Source of the DNA: Mycobacteriales bacterium
GTDB taxonomy: Bacteria; Actinomycetota; Actinomycetes; Mycobacteriales; Pseudonocardiaceae
Assembly (NCBI GenBank): GCA_038254065.1
Contig: JBBSGM010000001.1
Span: 6,434 to 70,433 of the forward strand
DNA length: 64,000 nt
Reading direction: 5' to 3'
The notes beneath the pieces were generated by a model that did not search any database, had not been told where the DNA came from, and saw only the letters and a list, made by a program, of their open reading frames with translations. Shown piece by piece: positions 1 to 9,306 of the stretch (position 1 is its first letter; each line of letters opens with the position of its first letter). The translations under genes were made by a program, and so were the position numbers.

Positions 1-2283
1 TTCACCGAAGGCGTCGACCTGCACCAGGAGCCCTACGCGCCGACAGTCCAGATCGTGGGTCGGGTGCGGTCGCAGACTGTCACCAGGCACGTGGCGGTGC
101 TGTCCGTCGGGCTGATGGAGCCGCTGCGCATACCCGAGGTCGACGACCCCTGGATGCAGCACTCCGACCGGCTTCCGTTCCCGGTCGAATGGTCCGCGCG
201 GATCTACGTCCGGCGCCCCGAAGAAGTGACCGCGGAGCTCCAGCGGCAGATGGGCAAGGTGCGCAGCCAGATCCGGCACTACACCCACGACCACGACCTC
301 GACCCGCCCATGTCGTTGGCCCGCCACGCCGAGCGGGTACTCGAGATCGAGGACGAGGTCACCACCGGGCTGACCCAGCTCAACACCCGACTCTACGGCT
401 GGTGGCGGATCGCCGTCTCGGGCCGCGACGAGACGGAGGCGGTCACCAGGGCGCAACAGGTCCTCGACGTCTACCGGCCCAAGGTGCAGATCGAGCACCC
501 GGAGGCGCAGTACCGCTACGCCCGCGAGTTCATCCCCGGTGAGCCGCTGGCCTCCACGGCCTACCGCCGCCGGGGCTCGGTGACCTGGGCCGCGTCGGCG
601 GTGCCCGCGGCCACCGCGAGCGTCGGTGACCGGCGCGGCATCATGCTGGGCGAGACGTGCACCGCCACCCGACGCCCAGTGGCCTGGGACCCGTGGCTCG
701 CCCAGGAGGTGCGGCGGGCGTCCGGGCTCACCGCAGTAGTGGGCGGCTTGGGGTCAGGGAAGTCGTTCCTCACCGGGTTGATCGTCTACAAGACGCTGCG
801 CGCGGGTGCGCAGTGGACGGTGCTCGACCCGTCCGGCCCGCTCGCCGAGCTGACCCGGCTACCGGAACTGGCGCCGTTCTCCCGGCACATCAACCTGCTC
901 CGCGCCGATCCCGGCATCCTGAACCCCTACCGGGTGGTCGCCGAACCGCGCGCGGAGCACTTCGCCGACGACGAGGACCCGGAGCGGGCCTGGCGCCGGG
1001 AGCGCTCGCTGGCCGCGGCCACCCGTCGCCGGCTCGTGCTCGACGTGCTCACCGGCCTGCTTCCCTTTGACGTCTCCCGGCTGCCGCACACCCGGATCGT
1101 GTTGCTCCGGGCCGTTCGCGAGGTCGGCGGGGCCGCTGACCGGCACCCCGGTCAGGTCATCGACGTGTTGCGCCGGAACGCCCGTGACGGCGAGGAGCAC
1201 GCCGGCGTCGTCGCCGACTTCCTCGAGGAGCGCCGCGAGCTCCCACAGGCCGCGCTGCTGTTCCCGGACACCACCCGCGACGACCCGTGGCAGGCCGGCC
1301 GCGAGTACCGGTTGACCGTGCTCACGATGCAGGGCATGACGCTGCCCCGGCCCGGGAGCCCGCGCGAGGAGTGGACCGACGGGGAGTCGCTCGCGGTGGA
1401 GCTGCTCAACCTGGCGTCCTGGCTCACCCAGCGTACGATCTATGATGCGGACCGGAACCTGCGCAAGGGCGTCGCGCTCGACGAGACCCACTTCCTCTCC
1501 CAGGTGCCCACCGGCAAGGTGCTCATCGACCGGCTGGCCCGGGACTCCCGCAAGTTCAACGTGCGAGCCCTGTTCGCGTCCCAGCTGGCCGGTGACCTGC
1601 TACGGGTCTCGGGCTTCGCGTCGCTGGTCAACGCGGTGTTCGTGGGCCGCACGGACGACGAGGAAGCGCAGGCGGAGGCGCTCCGGTTGCTGCGGGTGCC
1701 CACCGGGGTGGGCTACGAGCAGATGCTCGGCACCCTGTCGCCGCGACCGCGGCACGACGACCGGCCCGACGACACCCCGCGCCAGTTCGTCTTCGCCGAC
1801 GGTCACGGCGGCGTCGAGAAGATCCGCATCGACCTGGAGGCCCCACACCTCGAGCACGTCCGCGACGCGCTGGACACCAACCCCGATGCCAGCCGGGTGT
1901 CGGTGCGTGGGGTGCCACCCGCGGCCGCCGAGGTACGGGCCCCGGACGAGCCCGCCGCGGTCGGCCGTGTCGATCTCGACGGTGCGATCCGGGCCGGTGG
2001 CCCGGTGTCGAACGGGTACCACAGCGGGCCCGGTGGTGGTCCCGGCCTCGGGCCGCGGGGTCGTGACGACGTGATCACCGGTCGGGACGGGGTGCGCGCG
2101 GGACCGGTGCCGGTCGTCCCGATGGACGGCGAGCTGCTCGACGACGAGGAGCTCGACCTGCTGGGTGACCTCGACCAGGACGTCGAGGAGAAGCCCGACG
2201 AGGCGTGGGACGTGCGCGCCAGACCCGGGCCCGGCCGGCCGGTGGGCTCCGAGGTGGGCGCGGCCGGCGAGGCCCGGCGGTGA
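1..2283 (+). CDS. Conjugative T4SS-type ATPase (VirB4/TraE-like candidate); 5' end lies outside the window
   Basis: The frame is open from nt 1, with no stop before the listed start at 55. Walker A GGLGSGKSF and Walker B-like GVALDETHF are present, with an acidic low-complexity C-tail. It is followed by a polytopic membrane protein and an NlpC/P60 hydrolase. Confidence 0.6.
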   Translation, partial: FTEGVDLHQEPYAPTVQIVGRVRSQTVTRHVAVLSVGLMEPLRIPEVDDPWMQHSDRLPFPVEWSARIYVRRPEEVTAELQRQMGKVRSQIRHYTHDHDLDPPMSLARHAERVLEIEDEVTTGLTQLNTRLYGWWRIAVSGRDETEAVTRAQQVLDVYRPKVQIEHPEAQYRYAREFIPGEPLASTAYRRRGSVTWAASAVPAATASVGDRRGIMLGETCTATRRPVAWDPWLAQEVRRASGLTAVVGGLGSGKSFLTGLIVYKTLRAGAQWTVLDPSGPLAELTRLPELAPFSRHINLLRADPGILNPYRVVAEPRAEHFADDEDPERAWRRERSLAAATRRRLVLDVLTGLLPFDVSRLPHTRIVLLRAVREVGGAADRHPGQVIDVLRRNARDGEEHAGVVADFLEERRELPQAALLFPDTTRDDPWQAGREYRLTVLTMQGMTLPRPGSPREEWTDGESLAVELLNLASWLTQRTIYDADRNLRKGVALDETHFLSQVPTGKVLIDRLARDSRKFNVRALFASQLAGDLLRVSGFASLVNAVFVGRTDDEEAQAEALRLLRVPTGVGYEQMLGTLSPRPRHDDRPDDTPRQFVFADGHGGVEKIRIDLEAPHLEHVRDALDTNPDASRVSVRGVPPAAAEVRAPDEPAAVGRVDLDGAIRAGGPVSNGYHSGPGGGPGLGPRGRDDVITGRDGVRAGPVPVVPMDGELLDDEELDLLGDLDQDVEEKPDEAWDVRARPGPGRPVGSEVGAAGEARR

Positions 2284-4211
2284 TCGCGGGAGACCTGCAG
2301 ACCGTTCCGGTCCTCCTCGTGACCGCGGTCGTCCTGCTGGTGCTGCATCGCCGTCGACGCTCGGGTAGCGCGAGGTCCCCGGCCGAGCCACGGAGGCGCG
2401 ACGCGACCGTGTCGGTGTCGCGCCGCCGGATGGCGCTCGTCGTCGTCGTCGTACTGGTCGGCGGCTCGGTGCTGCTGGGTCAGCCCGCGTTCGCGCAGGT
2501 GCTGAACTGCAAGGAGCCGCCCGAGCCGGACCGGCCCGGGACCGGGCTCGTCGGCTCGCTCGACCCCCCGACCTACGGCGTGGGCGAGCCCGGCAGCGCG
2601 TACCACGAGGTCGGTTACGCGGGCCTGGTCTGGCACAACTACGACCTCGGCTGCGCCGGCAGCGCCGTGCTCGACCCCGCGACGACCACCGATACCTGGC
2701 TGGGCAACCAGGCGTTCAACGTCGCGAAGTTCGCCGTCGCCGGGGTCAACTGGGCGCATTATCTCATCGCCGACGGCGGTGAGCTGCTGTCCCCGCTCGA
2801 CAACGTCGTCACCACCGCCACCCGCGCCATGTACGACACGGTGTTCACCACCTGGATCGGGCCGGCCCTGCTGGTGCTCGCGGTGATCCTGCTGGTGCTC
2901 GCGGTCCGCGGTGACCTCGCCCGGCAGGCGCAGCGCGGCACCTTCGCCGCGCTGGCGCTGCTGGTCGGTTCCGCGGTGTACCTCGCGCCCGTCGACTGGG
3001 CCAAGGCGGCGGACGGGCTGCTGCTCGACGGTATCACCCAGATGCAGGAGGGTTTCCTCAACCAGGTCGGCCTCGGCGACCGGGACACCCTGCCCACCGT
3101 GCTCGTCGACCAGGTGGTGTACGCGAACTGGCTGCGCGGGGAGTTCGGCTCCCCTGACGTGCCACAGGCCCAGGAGCTGGGCCGGAACCTGCTGCGGGCG
3201 CAGACCTTCACGAAACAGGAGGTCGCCGAGGACCGCGACACCCCGGAGCTGGCGAGTGCGAAGAAGTCCGACTTCACCGCGATCGCCGACCGGATGGGCG
3301 ACCGTTACACCTACTTCCAGGGCAAGTCCGGCAGCAGGATCGGGGCCGGGGTACTTGCCGTCGTCCAGGCGATCTGCATCGCGCTGTTCCAGCTGCTGTC
3401 CAAGGTGCTCGTGCTCGTGGCGATGCTGCTGCTACGACTGATGGTGATGACGGCCCCGGCGACCGCGGTGCTGGCGGTGCTCAAACCGGACGTGCTGCCC
3501 GCGCTGCTCCGCGTCGCCGGTGCGGCGATCGTGAACACGCTGGTCGTGGGGGCGCTGGCCGGGCTGCACGCGCTCCTGGTGGTGTCGCTGTTCCGACCGG
3601 GGGCGGGTGTCGACCTGTGGCTCGCGCTGCTCGTCACCGGCGTGGTGACGGTCGTGATGTGGGCCGTCGCGCGGCCGTTCCGCCGGCTGGCGTCAATGGT
3701 CTCGTTGACCCGCGAGCAGTTCGGTGCCGTCGTGCCCGGGGTCGGCGGTGGGCCGATGTCACGGGTGTGGCAACGGGTCCGCGGGGGCGAGCCCGAAGAC
3801 CGGCAAGCACGCTGGTGGGACGAGCGGCGCAGCTCGGGGGTCGGTCCCAGCCGTCACGACGCCGACCGCCCGGAGGCCGTCCCGGCGACGACGACCGTCG
3901 TCGGTGGCGGTTCCGGTGCCCGCGGGGCCCCGCGCCGCACCGAGGTCGAGTCACCGCCCACCGCCGCGGGGGTGCCCGCGCCGCGGCGCGCCGCGCTGCC
4001 CGCGAGCGGTGGTGGCATCGGCGTCGGGTACGGCACGCCGGGCCGGGCGGATCCCGGCCAGGTCGACGAGCGGGTGATCTACCGGCGGTCGGCGGCGGCA
4101 CCGCTGCGGCCGGGCGGAGTGCGTCCGGTGCAGCCCGAGCTCGTCGACGGCGCGCCCGTCTATCGCATCTACCGGCCGCGGCCGGCGCAGCCCGTCTACG
4201 GGGACCGGTGA
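2280..4211 (+). CDS. Polytopic integral membrane protein (VirB6/TrbL-like candidate)
   Basis: GTG 2280 overlaps the upstream TGA (GTGA); ATG 2430 is an alternative start. It has many hydrophobic helices and a Pro/Gly/Arg-rich C-tail. The listed start at 2205 overlaps the upstream gene and is unlikely. Confidence 0.5.
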   Translation: MIAGDLQTVPVLLVTAVVLLVLHRRRRSGSARSPAEPRRRDATVSVSRRRMALVVVVVLVGGSVLLGQPAFAQVLNCKEPPEPDRPGTGLVGSLDPPTYGVGEPGSAYHEVGYAGLVWHNYDLGCAGSAVLDPATTTDTWLGNQAFNVAKFAVAGVNWAHYLIADGGELLSPLDNVVTTATRAMYDTVFTTWIGPALLVLAVILLVLAVRGDLARQAQRGTFAALALLVGSAVYLAPVDWAKAADGLLLDGITQMQEGFLNQVGLGDRDTLPTVLVDQVVYANWLRGEFGSPDVPQAQELGRNLLRAQTFTKQEVAEDRDTPELASAKKSDFTAIADRMGDRYTYFQGKSGSRIGAGVLAVVQAICIALFQLLSKVLVLVAMLLLRLMVMTAPATAVLAVLKPDVLPALLRVAGAAIVNTLVVGALAGLHALLVVSLFRPGAGVDLWLALLVTGVVTVVMWAVARPFRRLASMVSLTREQFGAVVPGVGGGPMSRVWQRVRGGEPEDRQARWWDERRSSGVGPSRHDADRPEAVPATTTVVGGGSGARGAPRRTEVESPPTAAGVPAPRRAALPASGGGIGVGYGTPGRADPGQVDERVIYRRSAAAPLRPGGVRPVQPELVDGAPVYRIYRPRPAQPVYGDR

Positions 4212-4214
4212 CCC

Positions 4215-4817
4215 ATGCCCATCCGCACCCCACGCGGCCGCGCCGCGGCCTATCGTCCGGTGTGGCAGTGGCCGCTGCGCTCACCGGCCCGGCTCGGGGC
4301 CACCGCGGCGGTGGTGGTCGCCCTCGCCGTCGGGACCAGCGTCACCGTGACGTCCCTGCGCGGCCCGACCGGGCCGCGTGAACCCGGTCGTACCGACTCC
4401 GCCGCGGCGACGGCCGGGGAGTATCCCCCGGCGCCGTCCCCGCCGTCGGTGGCCCCGAGCGTGTTGCCGCCGGTGGCCGCCCTGGTACCTCCCACGCTGT
4501 CCCCTGGTCAGGCACCTGTGGCCGCGGTGCAGGTGGCCGCCGGCTGGTCGGCGGCCTGGGTGAGACACCCCGCGGGTATCACGTCCGCGCAGTGGCTGGC
4601 CGGGCTGCGCCCGCTCACCACACCGGAGTACCTGGGTGTGCTGTCCGGGGTCGACCCGGCGAACGTGCCCGCGGTCCGGGTCACCGGGGCGCCGCGTCCG
4701 GTGCGGGTCTCGCCGCATTCGCTCCAGGTGGAGGTGCCCACCGACACCCTCACCTTGCTCGTGCTCGTCGTCGACACGGACAGCGGCTGGCGGGTCGCCG
4801 GCTACGACCGGGTCTGA
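4215..4817 (+). CDS. Hypothetical membrane-anchored or secreted protein
   Basis: 200-aa ORF starting 4 nt after the upstream stop. It has an N-terminal Arg-rich segment plus one hydrophobic helix (LGATAAVVVALAVGTSV), and its stop overlaps the next start. Confidence 0.45.
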   Translation: MPIRTPRGRAAAYRPVWQWPLRSPARLGATAAVVVALAVGTSVTVTSLRGPTGPREPGRTDSAAATAGEYPPAPSPPSVAPSVLPPVAALVPPTLSPGQAPVAAVQVAAGWSAAWVRHPAGITSAQWLAGLRPLTTPEYLGVLSGVDPANVPAVRVTGAPRPVRVSPHSLQVEVPTDTLTLLVLVVDTDSGWRVAGYDRV

Positions 4818-5803
4818 TGCGTGTGCTGCGGGCCTTCCGGTTGTTGGTGCCGGTCGTGGCGCTGCTGGGAGCGCTGGGGCTGCTCCTCGGCGTCGGGCTC
4901 ATCGCGTTCAACGTCAGCGGGGGTGGCCGGTCCGGTGCCTGCGACACGGCGTCGAGCCGTGGCCCGGCCGGCACCACGCTCGGGGACCTCAGCGACGAGC
5001 AGCGCAACAATGCCTCGACGATCATCGGGGTGGGCCGTGACATGGGTGTACCACCTCGGGCCTGGCTGGTCGCACTGGCCACTGCCATGCAGGAGTCGAC
5101 CCTGCGCAACCTCGACTACGGTGACCGCGACTCACTGGGACTGTTCCAGCAACGGCCGTCGCAGGGCTGGGGAAGCCCGCAGCAGGTCACCGACCCGGTC
5201 CACAGCACTCGGACCTTCATCGACCGGTTGCTGCAGGTCCCCGGTTGGGACACGTTACCGGTGACCGTCGCCGCGCAGACGGTGCAGCGCTCGGCCTTCC
5301 CCGACGCCTACGCCAAGTGGGAGAGCCTGGCCGGCGCGTTGGTGACCCAGCTCGCCGGCGTCGCCGCGGTCCCGGTGCGCTGCGCAGGGGCGAGCGCCAC
5401 GCTACCCGCGGGCGCGGCCCGCACGGCCATCTCGTTCGCGCTCGGCGAGGTGGGCAAACCCTACGTCTGGGGTACGGCCGGACCGAACACCTACGACTGC
5501 TCCGGACTGATGCTGCGCGCGTTCCAGGTCGCCGGCATCGAGCTGCCCCGAGTCTCGCGGGACCAGTACAACGCAGGCGGGCACGTACCCGTCGCCCAGG
5601 CCCAGCCCGGTGACTTGCTGTTCTACGCCACCGACCGCTCCGACCCCGCGACCATCCACCACGTGATGCTCTACCTGGGTGACGGCCGGCTGGTTGAAGC
5701 ACCCTTCACCGGGGAGGACGTCCGGGTGCGGCCGGTGCCCTGGAACTACGGTGAGCTCGTGCCGCTGGCCACTCGGCCGGGGACGACCCCGAACCCGGCG
5801 TGA
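4817..5803 (+). CDS. Secreted peptidoglycan hydrolase with C-terminal NlpC/P60 domain
   Basis: ATG 4817 overlaps the upstream TGA (TGATG). A signal/TM segment (LLVPVVALLGALGLLLGVGLIAF) is present. The NlpC/P60 core reads YVWGTAGPNTYDCSGLMLRAF...PGDLLFY...HHVMLYLG. An N-terminal muramidase-like region (MQESTLRNLDYGDRDSLGLFQQRP) is typical of conjugative elements. Confidence 0.8.
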   Translation: MRVLRAFRLLVPVVALLGALGLLLGVGLIAFNVSGGGRSGACDTASSRGPAGTTLGDLSDEQRNNASTIIGVGRDMGVPPRAWLVALATAMQESTLRNLDYGDRDSLGLFQQRPSQGWGSPQQVTDPVHSTRTFIDRLLQVPGWDTLPVTVAAQTVQRSAFPDAYAKWESLAGALVTQLAGVAAVPVRCAGASATLPAGAARTAISFALGEVGKPYVWGTAGPNTYDCSGLMLRAFQVAGIELPRVSRDQYNAGGHVPVAQAQPGDLLFYATDRSDPATIHHVMLYLGDGRLVEAPFTGEDVRVRPVPWNYGELVPLATRPGTTPNPA

Positions 5804-5825
5804 GCGTCATGCAACGGTGGGAACC

Positions 5826-6254
5826 ATGAACCCGGATCCACGCACCCCGGCCTCCGCCACCCCGCTGCGCGACTACCTCGACCACTCCGCACCCGGCGCG
5901 ACCGAGGACTACCTCGTGGTCCCGCGCTCGCTTGCGCAGTCGATGCCGTTGCGCTGGCAGCAGGTTCTCACCGGGCTCCTCGCCGACCTGCACGACGCCT
6001 ATGTCCACCTGGCATGGCCCGAGTACACGGTCGCGGCCCGCCGCTGGGAGGCGTTGATCGACCTCGACGAGGAGCAGTTGCGGGCCGCGGGCTACGGCGC
6101 CGACCTCGGCCCGGACGGCGAGCTGGTCTACCGCGACGTCGCCGACAACCCCATCGACGATCCGGAGGGACAACGCGTGCCCGTCCTGGTCGCCGACCCG
6201 CTGCCACCGGCGTCCGCGGGCCGGGTGGAGCCCCGCGCCGCGAGCCCCCTCTAA
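5826..6254 (+). CDS. Hypothetical protein
   Basis: 142-aa ORF from ATG 5826; the listed start at 5679 overlaps the hydrolase gene. No motif recognised. It ends in the TAA that opens repeat copy A. Confidence 0.4.
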   Translation: MNPDPRTPASATPLRDYLDHSAPGATEDYLVVPRSLAQSMPLRWQQVLTGLLADLHDAYVHLAWPEYTVAARRWEALIDLDEEQLRAAGYGADLGPDGELVYRDVADNPIDDPEGQRVPVLVADPLPPASAGRVEPRAASPL

Positions 6255-6257
6255 CTT

Positions 6258-6539
6258 CCGCGAGGCGGGGTATTTGTGCGGCTGTGTCGCGCTATTCGTG
6301 CGGCCAGGCCGACACCGACTGTACCGTCGCCGAAGCCGTGGGGGGCCTGCCCGAGCTCCGACAGGACCTCGGGCCGAGCGACCTGCCGTCGCAACCGCCA
6401 GCGCGGCGCCCCACCAGCCCGGCTGACATCAGCGCCGGAGCACCTCGAACGGGGATCGGACCGCTGTCAGTGGGGTACGAGCGGCGCGGCTGATCGCACG
6501 GATCGCCCGACACGGTCGCACGGATACCGCGACTCGCGG
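6258..6539. repeat. MITE/REP-like element, copy A (282 bp) with imperfect terminal inverted repeats
   Basis: The left end is CCGCGAGGCGGGGTATTTGTGCGG... and the right end is ...CGCACGGATACCGCGACTCGCGG. The ends are homologous to copy B at 15988-16139. Each arm carries two copies of a GGTATCYGTGCGA-like motif. Confidence 0.6.
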
Positions 6540-6601
6540 GGGGGAGTTGAGCGGGGTGGGAACAAGGTGGATGGGGCGCGCGTTGGCGGTACGTGCAGCA
6601 A

Positions 6602-6622
6602 GTTGAGCGGGACGGACTCAAG
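6602..6622 (+). promoter_or_regulatory. HAIR-like HspR operator (distal) upstream of dnaK
   Basis: GTTGAGC-GGGACGG-ACTCAAG compared with the HAIR consensus CTTGAGT-N7-ACTCAAG. Confidence 0.6.
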
Positions 6623-6656
6623 ACCGGTTTGACGGTGCGGGTAGGTCTCGTGGAGA

Positions 6657-6677
6657 CTTGAGCCAAGGCAACTCAAG
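6657..6677 (+). promoter_or_regulatory. HAIR HspR operator (proximal) upstream of dnaK
   Basis: CTTGAGC-CAAGGCA-ACTCAAG lies 50 nt upstream of the dnaK ATG. A further half-site, CAAGGCAACTCGAG, follows. Confidence 0.75.
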
Positions 6678-6727
6678 AACAAGCAAGGCAACTCGAGAAC
6701 ATCAGCATCATCACGGAGGCAACCACC

Positions 6728-8596
6728 ATGGCTCGTGCGGTCGGTATCGACCTCGGGACCACCAACTCCGTCGTCGCCGTCCTAGAGGGTGGCGAACCGA
6801 CGGTCATCGCGAACTCCGAGGGTTCGCGCACCACCCCCTCGGTCGTGGCGTTCGCCCGCAACGGCGAGGTGCTCGTCGGCCAGTCGGCGAAGAACCAGGC
6901 CGTCACCAACGTCGACCGGACCATCCGCTCGGTCAAGCGTCACATCGGCACCGGCTGGTCGACCGGCGACATCGACGGCAAGAAGTACTCCGCACAGGAG
7001 ATCAGCGCGCGCGTGCTGCAGAAGCTCAAGCGCGACGCCGAGTCCTATCTGGGCGAGGAGATCAATGACGCAGTGATCACCGTCCCCGCCTACTTCGAGG
7101 ACGCACAGCGCCAGGCCACCAAGGAGGCCGGCCAGATCGCCGGCCTCAACGTCCTGCGGATCGTCAACGAGCCCACCGCCGCCGCGCTAGCCTACGGGCT
7201 GGACAAGGGCGAGAAGGATCAGACCATCCTGGTCTTCGACCTCGGTGGTGGCACCTTCGACGTCTCGCTGCTGGAGATCGGCGAGGGTGTCGTCGAGGTC
7301 AAGGCGACCAACGGCGACAACCACCTCGGTGGCGACGACTGGGACGAGCGGATCATCGGCTGGCTCGTCGACAAGTTCAAGTCCGCGCAGGGCATCGACC
7401 TGACCAGGGACAAGATGGCGATGCAGCGGCTGCGCGAGGCCGCGGAGAAGGCGAAGATCGAGCTCTCCAGCCAGTCCACGGCGACGATCAACCTGCCCTA
7501 CATCACTGTCGACGCGGACAAGAACCCGCTGTTCCTCGACGAGACCCTGTCCCGCGCCGAGTTCCAGCGGATCACCTCCGACCTGCTCGACCGCACCCGC
7601 GCGCCGTTCAACCAGGTGGTCAAGGACGCCGGCATCTCGGTCGGCCAGATCGACCACGTGGTGCTCGTCGGCGGCTCCACCCGGATGCCCGCGGTCACCG
7701 AGCTGGTCAAGGAGCTGACCGGTGGCAAGGAGCCCAACAAGGGCGTCAACCCGGACGAGGTCGTTGCCGTCGGTGCCGCCCTGCAGGCCGGTGTGCTGCG
7801 CGGCGAGGTCAAGGACGTCCTGTTGCTCGACGTCACCCCGCTGTCCCTGGGCATCGAGACCAAGGGTGGGGTGATGACCAAGCTCATCGAGCGCAACACC
7901 ACGATCCCCACCAAGCGTTCGGAGATCTTCACGACGGCCGACGACAACCAGCCGTCCGTGCAGATCCAGGTCTTCCAGGGCGAGCGCGAGATCGCGGCGT
8001 ACAACAAGAAGCTCGGCATGTTCGAGCTGACCGGGCTGCCCCCCGCCCCGCGTGGTGTGCCGCAGATCGAGGTCTCCTTCGACATCGACGCCAACGGCAT
8101 CGTGAACGTGTCGGCGAAGGACATGGGCACCGGCAAGAGCCAGGCCATGACGATCACCGGTGGGTCCGCCCTCGGCAAGGACGAGATCGACCGGATGATG
8201 CGTGAGGCCGAGCAGCACGCCGAGGAGGACCGCAAGCGTCGTGAGGACGCCGAGGTCCGCAACCAGGCCGAGTCGCTCGTCTACCAGACGGAGAAGTTCG
8301 TCAAGGAGAACGACGAGAAGCTCCCGGCCGAGGTCAAGGACGGCGTGAACGGCGCGCTCGGCAAGGCCCAGGAGGCCCTGAAGGGCACTGACACCGACGC
8401 CATCAAGGCCGCGATGGAGTCACTCGCCACCGAGTCGCAGAAGCTCGGCGCCGCGCTCTACCAGCAGCCGGGTACCGAGGGTGCGGCCGCCGGTGCCGAG
8501 GGTTCTCCCGGCGCAGGTGGTCAGCACGCCGAGGCCGACGACGTGGTCGACGCCGAGATCGTGGACGACGACAAGAGCGACGGAGACAAGAAGTGA
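6728..8596 (+). CDS. dnaK: Molecular chaperone DnaK (Hsp70)
   Basis: Hsp70 signatures [17 protein letters not shown] and [10 protein letters not shown] are present, with a GGAGG RBS. It is the first gene of the dnaK-grpE-dnaJ-hspR operon. Confidence 0.98.
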   Translation: MARAVGIDLGTTNSVVAVLEGGEPTVIANSEGSRTTPSVVAFARNGEVLVGQSAKNQAVTNVDRTIRSVKRHIGTGWSTGDIDGKKYSAQEISARVLQKLKRDAESYLGEEINDAVITVPAYFEDAQRQATKEAGQIAGLNVLRIVNEPTAAALAYGLDKGEKDQTILVFDLGGGTFDVSLLEIGEGVVEVKATNGDNHLGGDDWDERIIGWLVDKFKSAQGIDLTRDKMAMQRLREAAEKAKIELSSQSTATINLPYITVDADKNPLFLDETLSRAEFQRITSDLLDRTRAPFNQVVKDAGISVGQIDHVVLVGGSTRMPAVTELVKELTGGKEPNKGVNPDEVVAVGAALQAGVLRGEVKDVLLLDVTPLSLGIETKGGVMTKLIERNTTIPTKRSEIFTTADDNQPSVQIQVFQGEREIAAYNKKLGMFELTGLPPAPRGVPQIEVSFDIDANGIVNVSAKDMGTGKSQAMTITGGSALGKDEIDRMMREAEQHAEEDRKRREDAEVRNQAESLVYQTEKFVKENDEKLPAEVKDGVNGALGKAQEALKGTDTDAIKAAMESLATESQKLGAALYQQPGTEGAAAGAEGSPGAGGQHAEADDVVDAEIVDDDKSDGDKK

Positions 8597-9282
8597 CGAA
8601 CCCGCACGACGGTCCCAACGGAAAGGCGGGCGTCGACGGCGAGCACGAGGGCGAGCGGGTCGTGGTGCGCGACCGGCGCCGAATAGACCCGGTGACCGGC
8701 GAGGTCCGGGTCCCGGCCGGCGAGCAGCTGGCCGGGACTCCCGGTCCGGCCCCCGAGGCCGGCACCGACGTGGGGGAGAGCCCGAAGCTGGCCGAGCTCG
8801 AGGCCCGGGTCGCGGAGCGCACGGACGACCTGCAGCGCATCACCGCCGAGTACGCCAACTACCGGCGGCGGGTCGACCGCGACCGGGAGGTGGTGCTGGC
8901 CGTGGCCCGCGCCCAGTTCGTGTCCGAGCTGCTCACCGTGCTCGACGACATCGAGCGGGCCCAGGTGCACGGCGACCTCAACGGTCCGTTCAAGTCGGTG
9001 GCCGACAAGCTGGTGGGCGTCGTGGCCAAGCTGGGCCTCGAGTCCTTCGGCGCGATAGGCGAGTTGTTCGACCCGGCGCAGCACGAGGCGGTCCAGCACG
9101 ACATGGCGGATGCCGCCGAGCGCACCGTCACGGTGATTTCTGCGGTGTTGCGGCCCGGGTACCGGCTGGCCGACCGGGTGCTGCGCCCCGCGATGGTCAC
9201 CGTCGTCGACCGGGTGGCCGACGACGCGGCAGCTCCGGACTCGGCACCCGCCGGCTCGCCGGCCGAGCCCGGCGTCCACTGA
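8593..9282 (+). CDS. grpE: Nucleotide exchange factor GrpE
   Basis: GTG overlaps the dnaK stop (GTGA). A coiled-coil N-half and a GrpE C-core (FDPAQHEAV) are present. It sits between dnaK and dnaJ. Confidence 0.95.
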   Translation: MTNPHDGPNGKAGVDGEHEGERVVVRDRRRIDPVTGEVRVPAGEQLAGTPGPAPEAGTDVGESPKLAELEARVAERTDDLQRITAEYANYRRRVDRDREVVLAVARAQFVSELLTVLDDIERAQVHGDLNGPFKSVADKLVGVVAKLGLESFGAIGELFDPAQHEAVQHDMADAAERTVTVISAVLRPGYRLADRVLRPAMVTVVDRVADDAAAPDSAPAGSPAEPGVH

Positions 9283-9306
9283 TCCGATCCGGGGAGAGGA
9301 GGCGGA

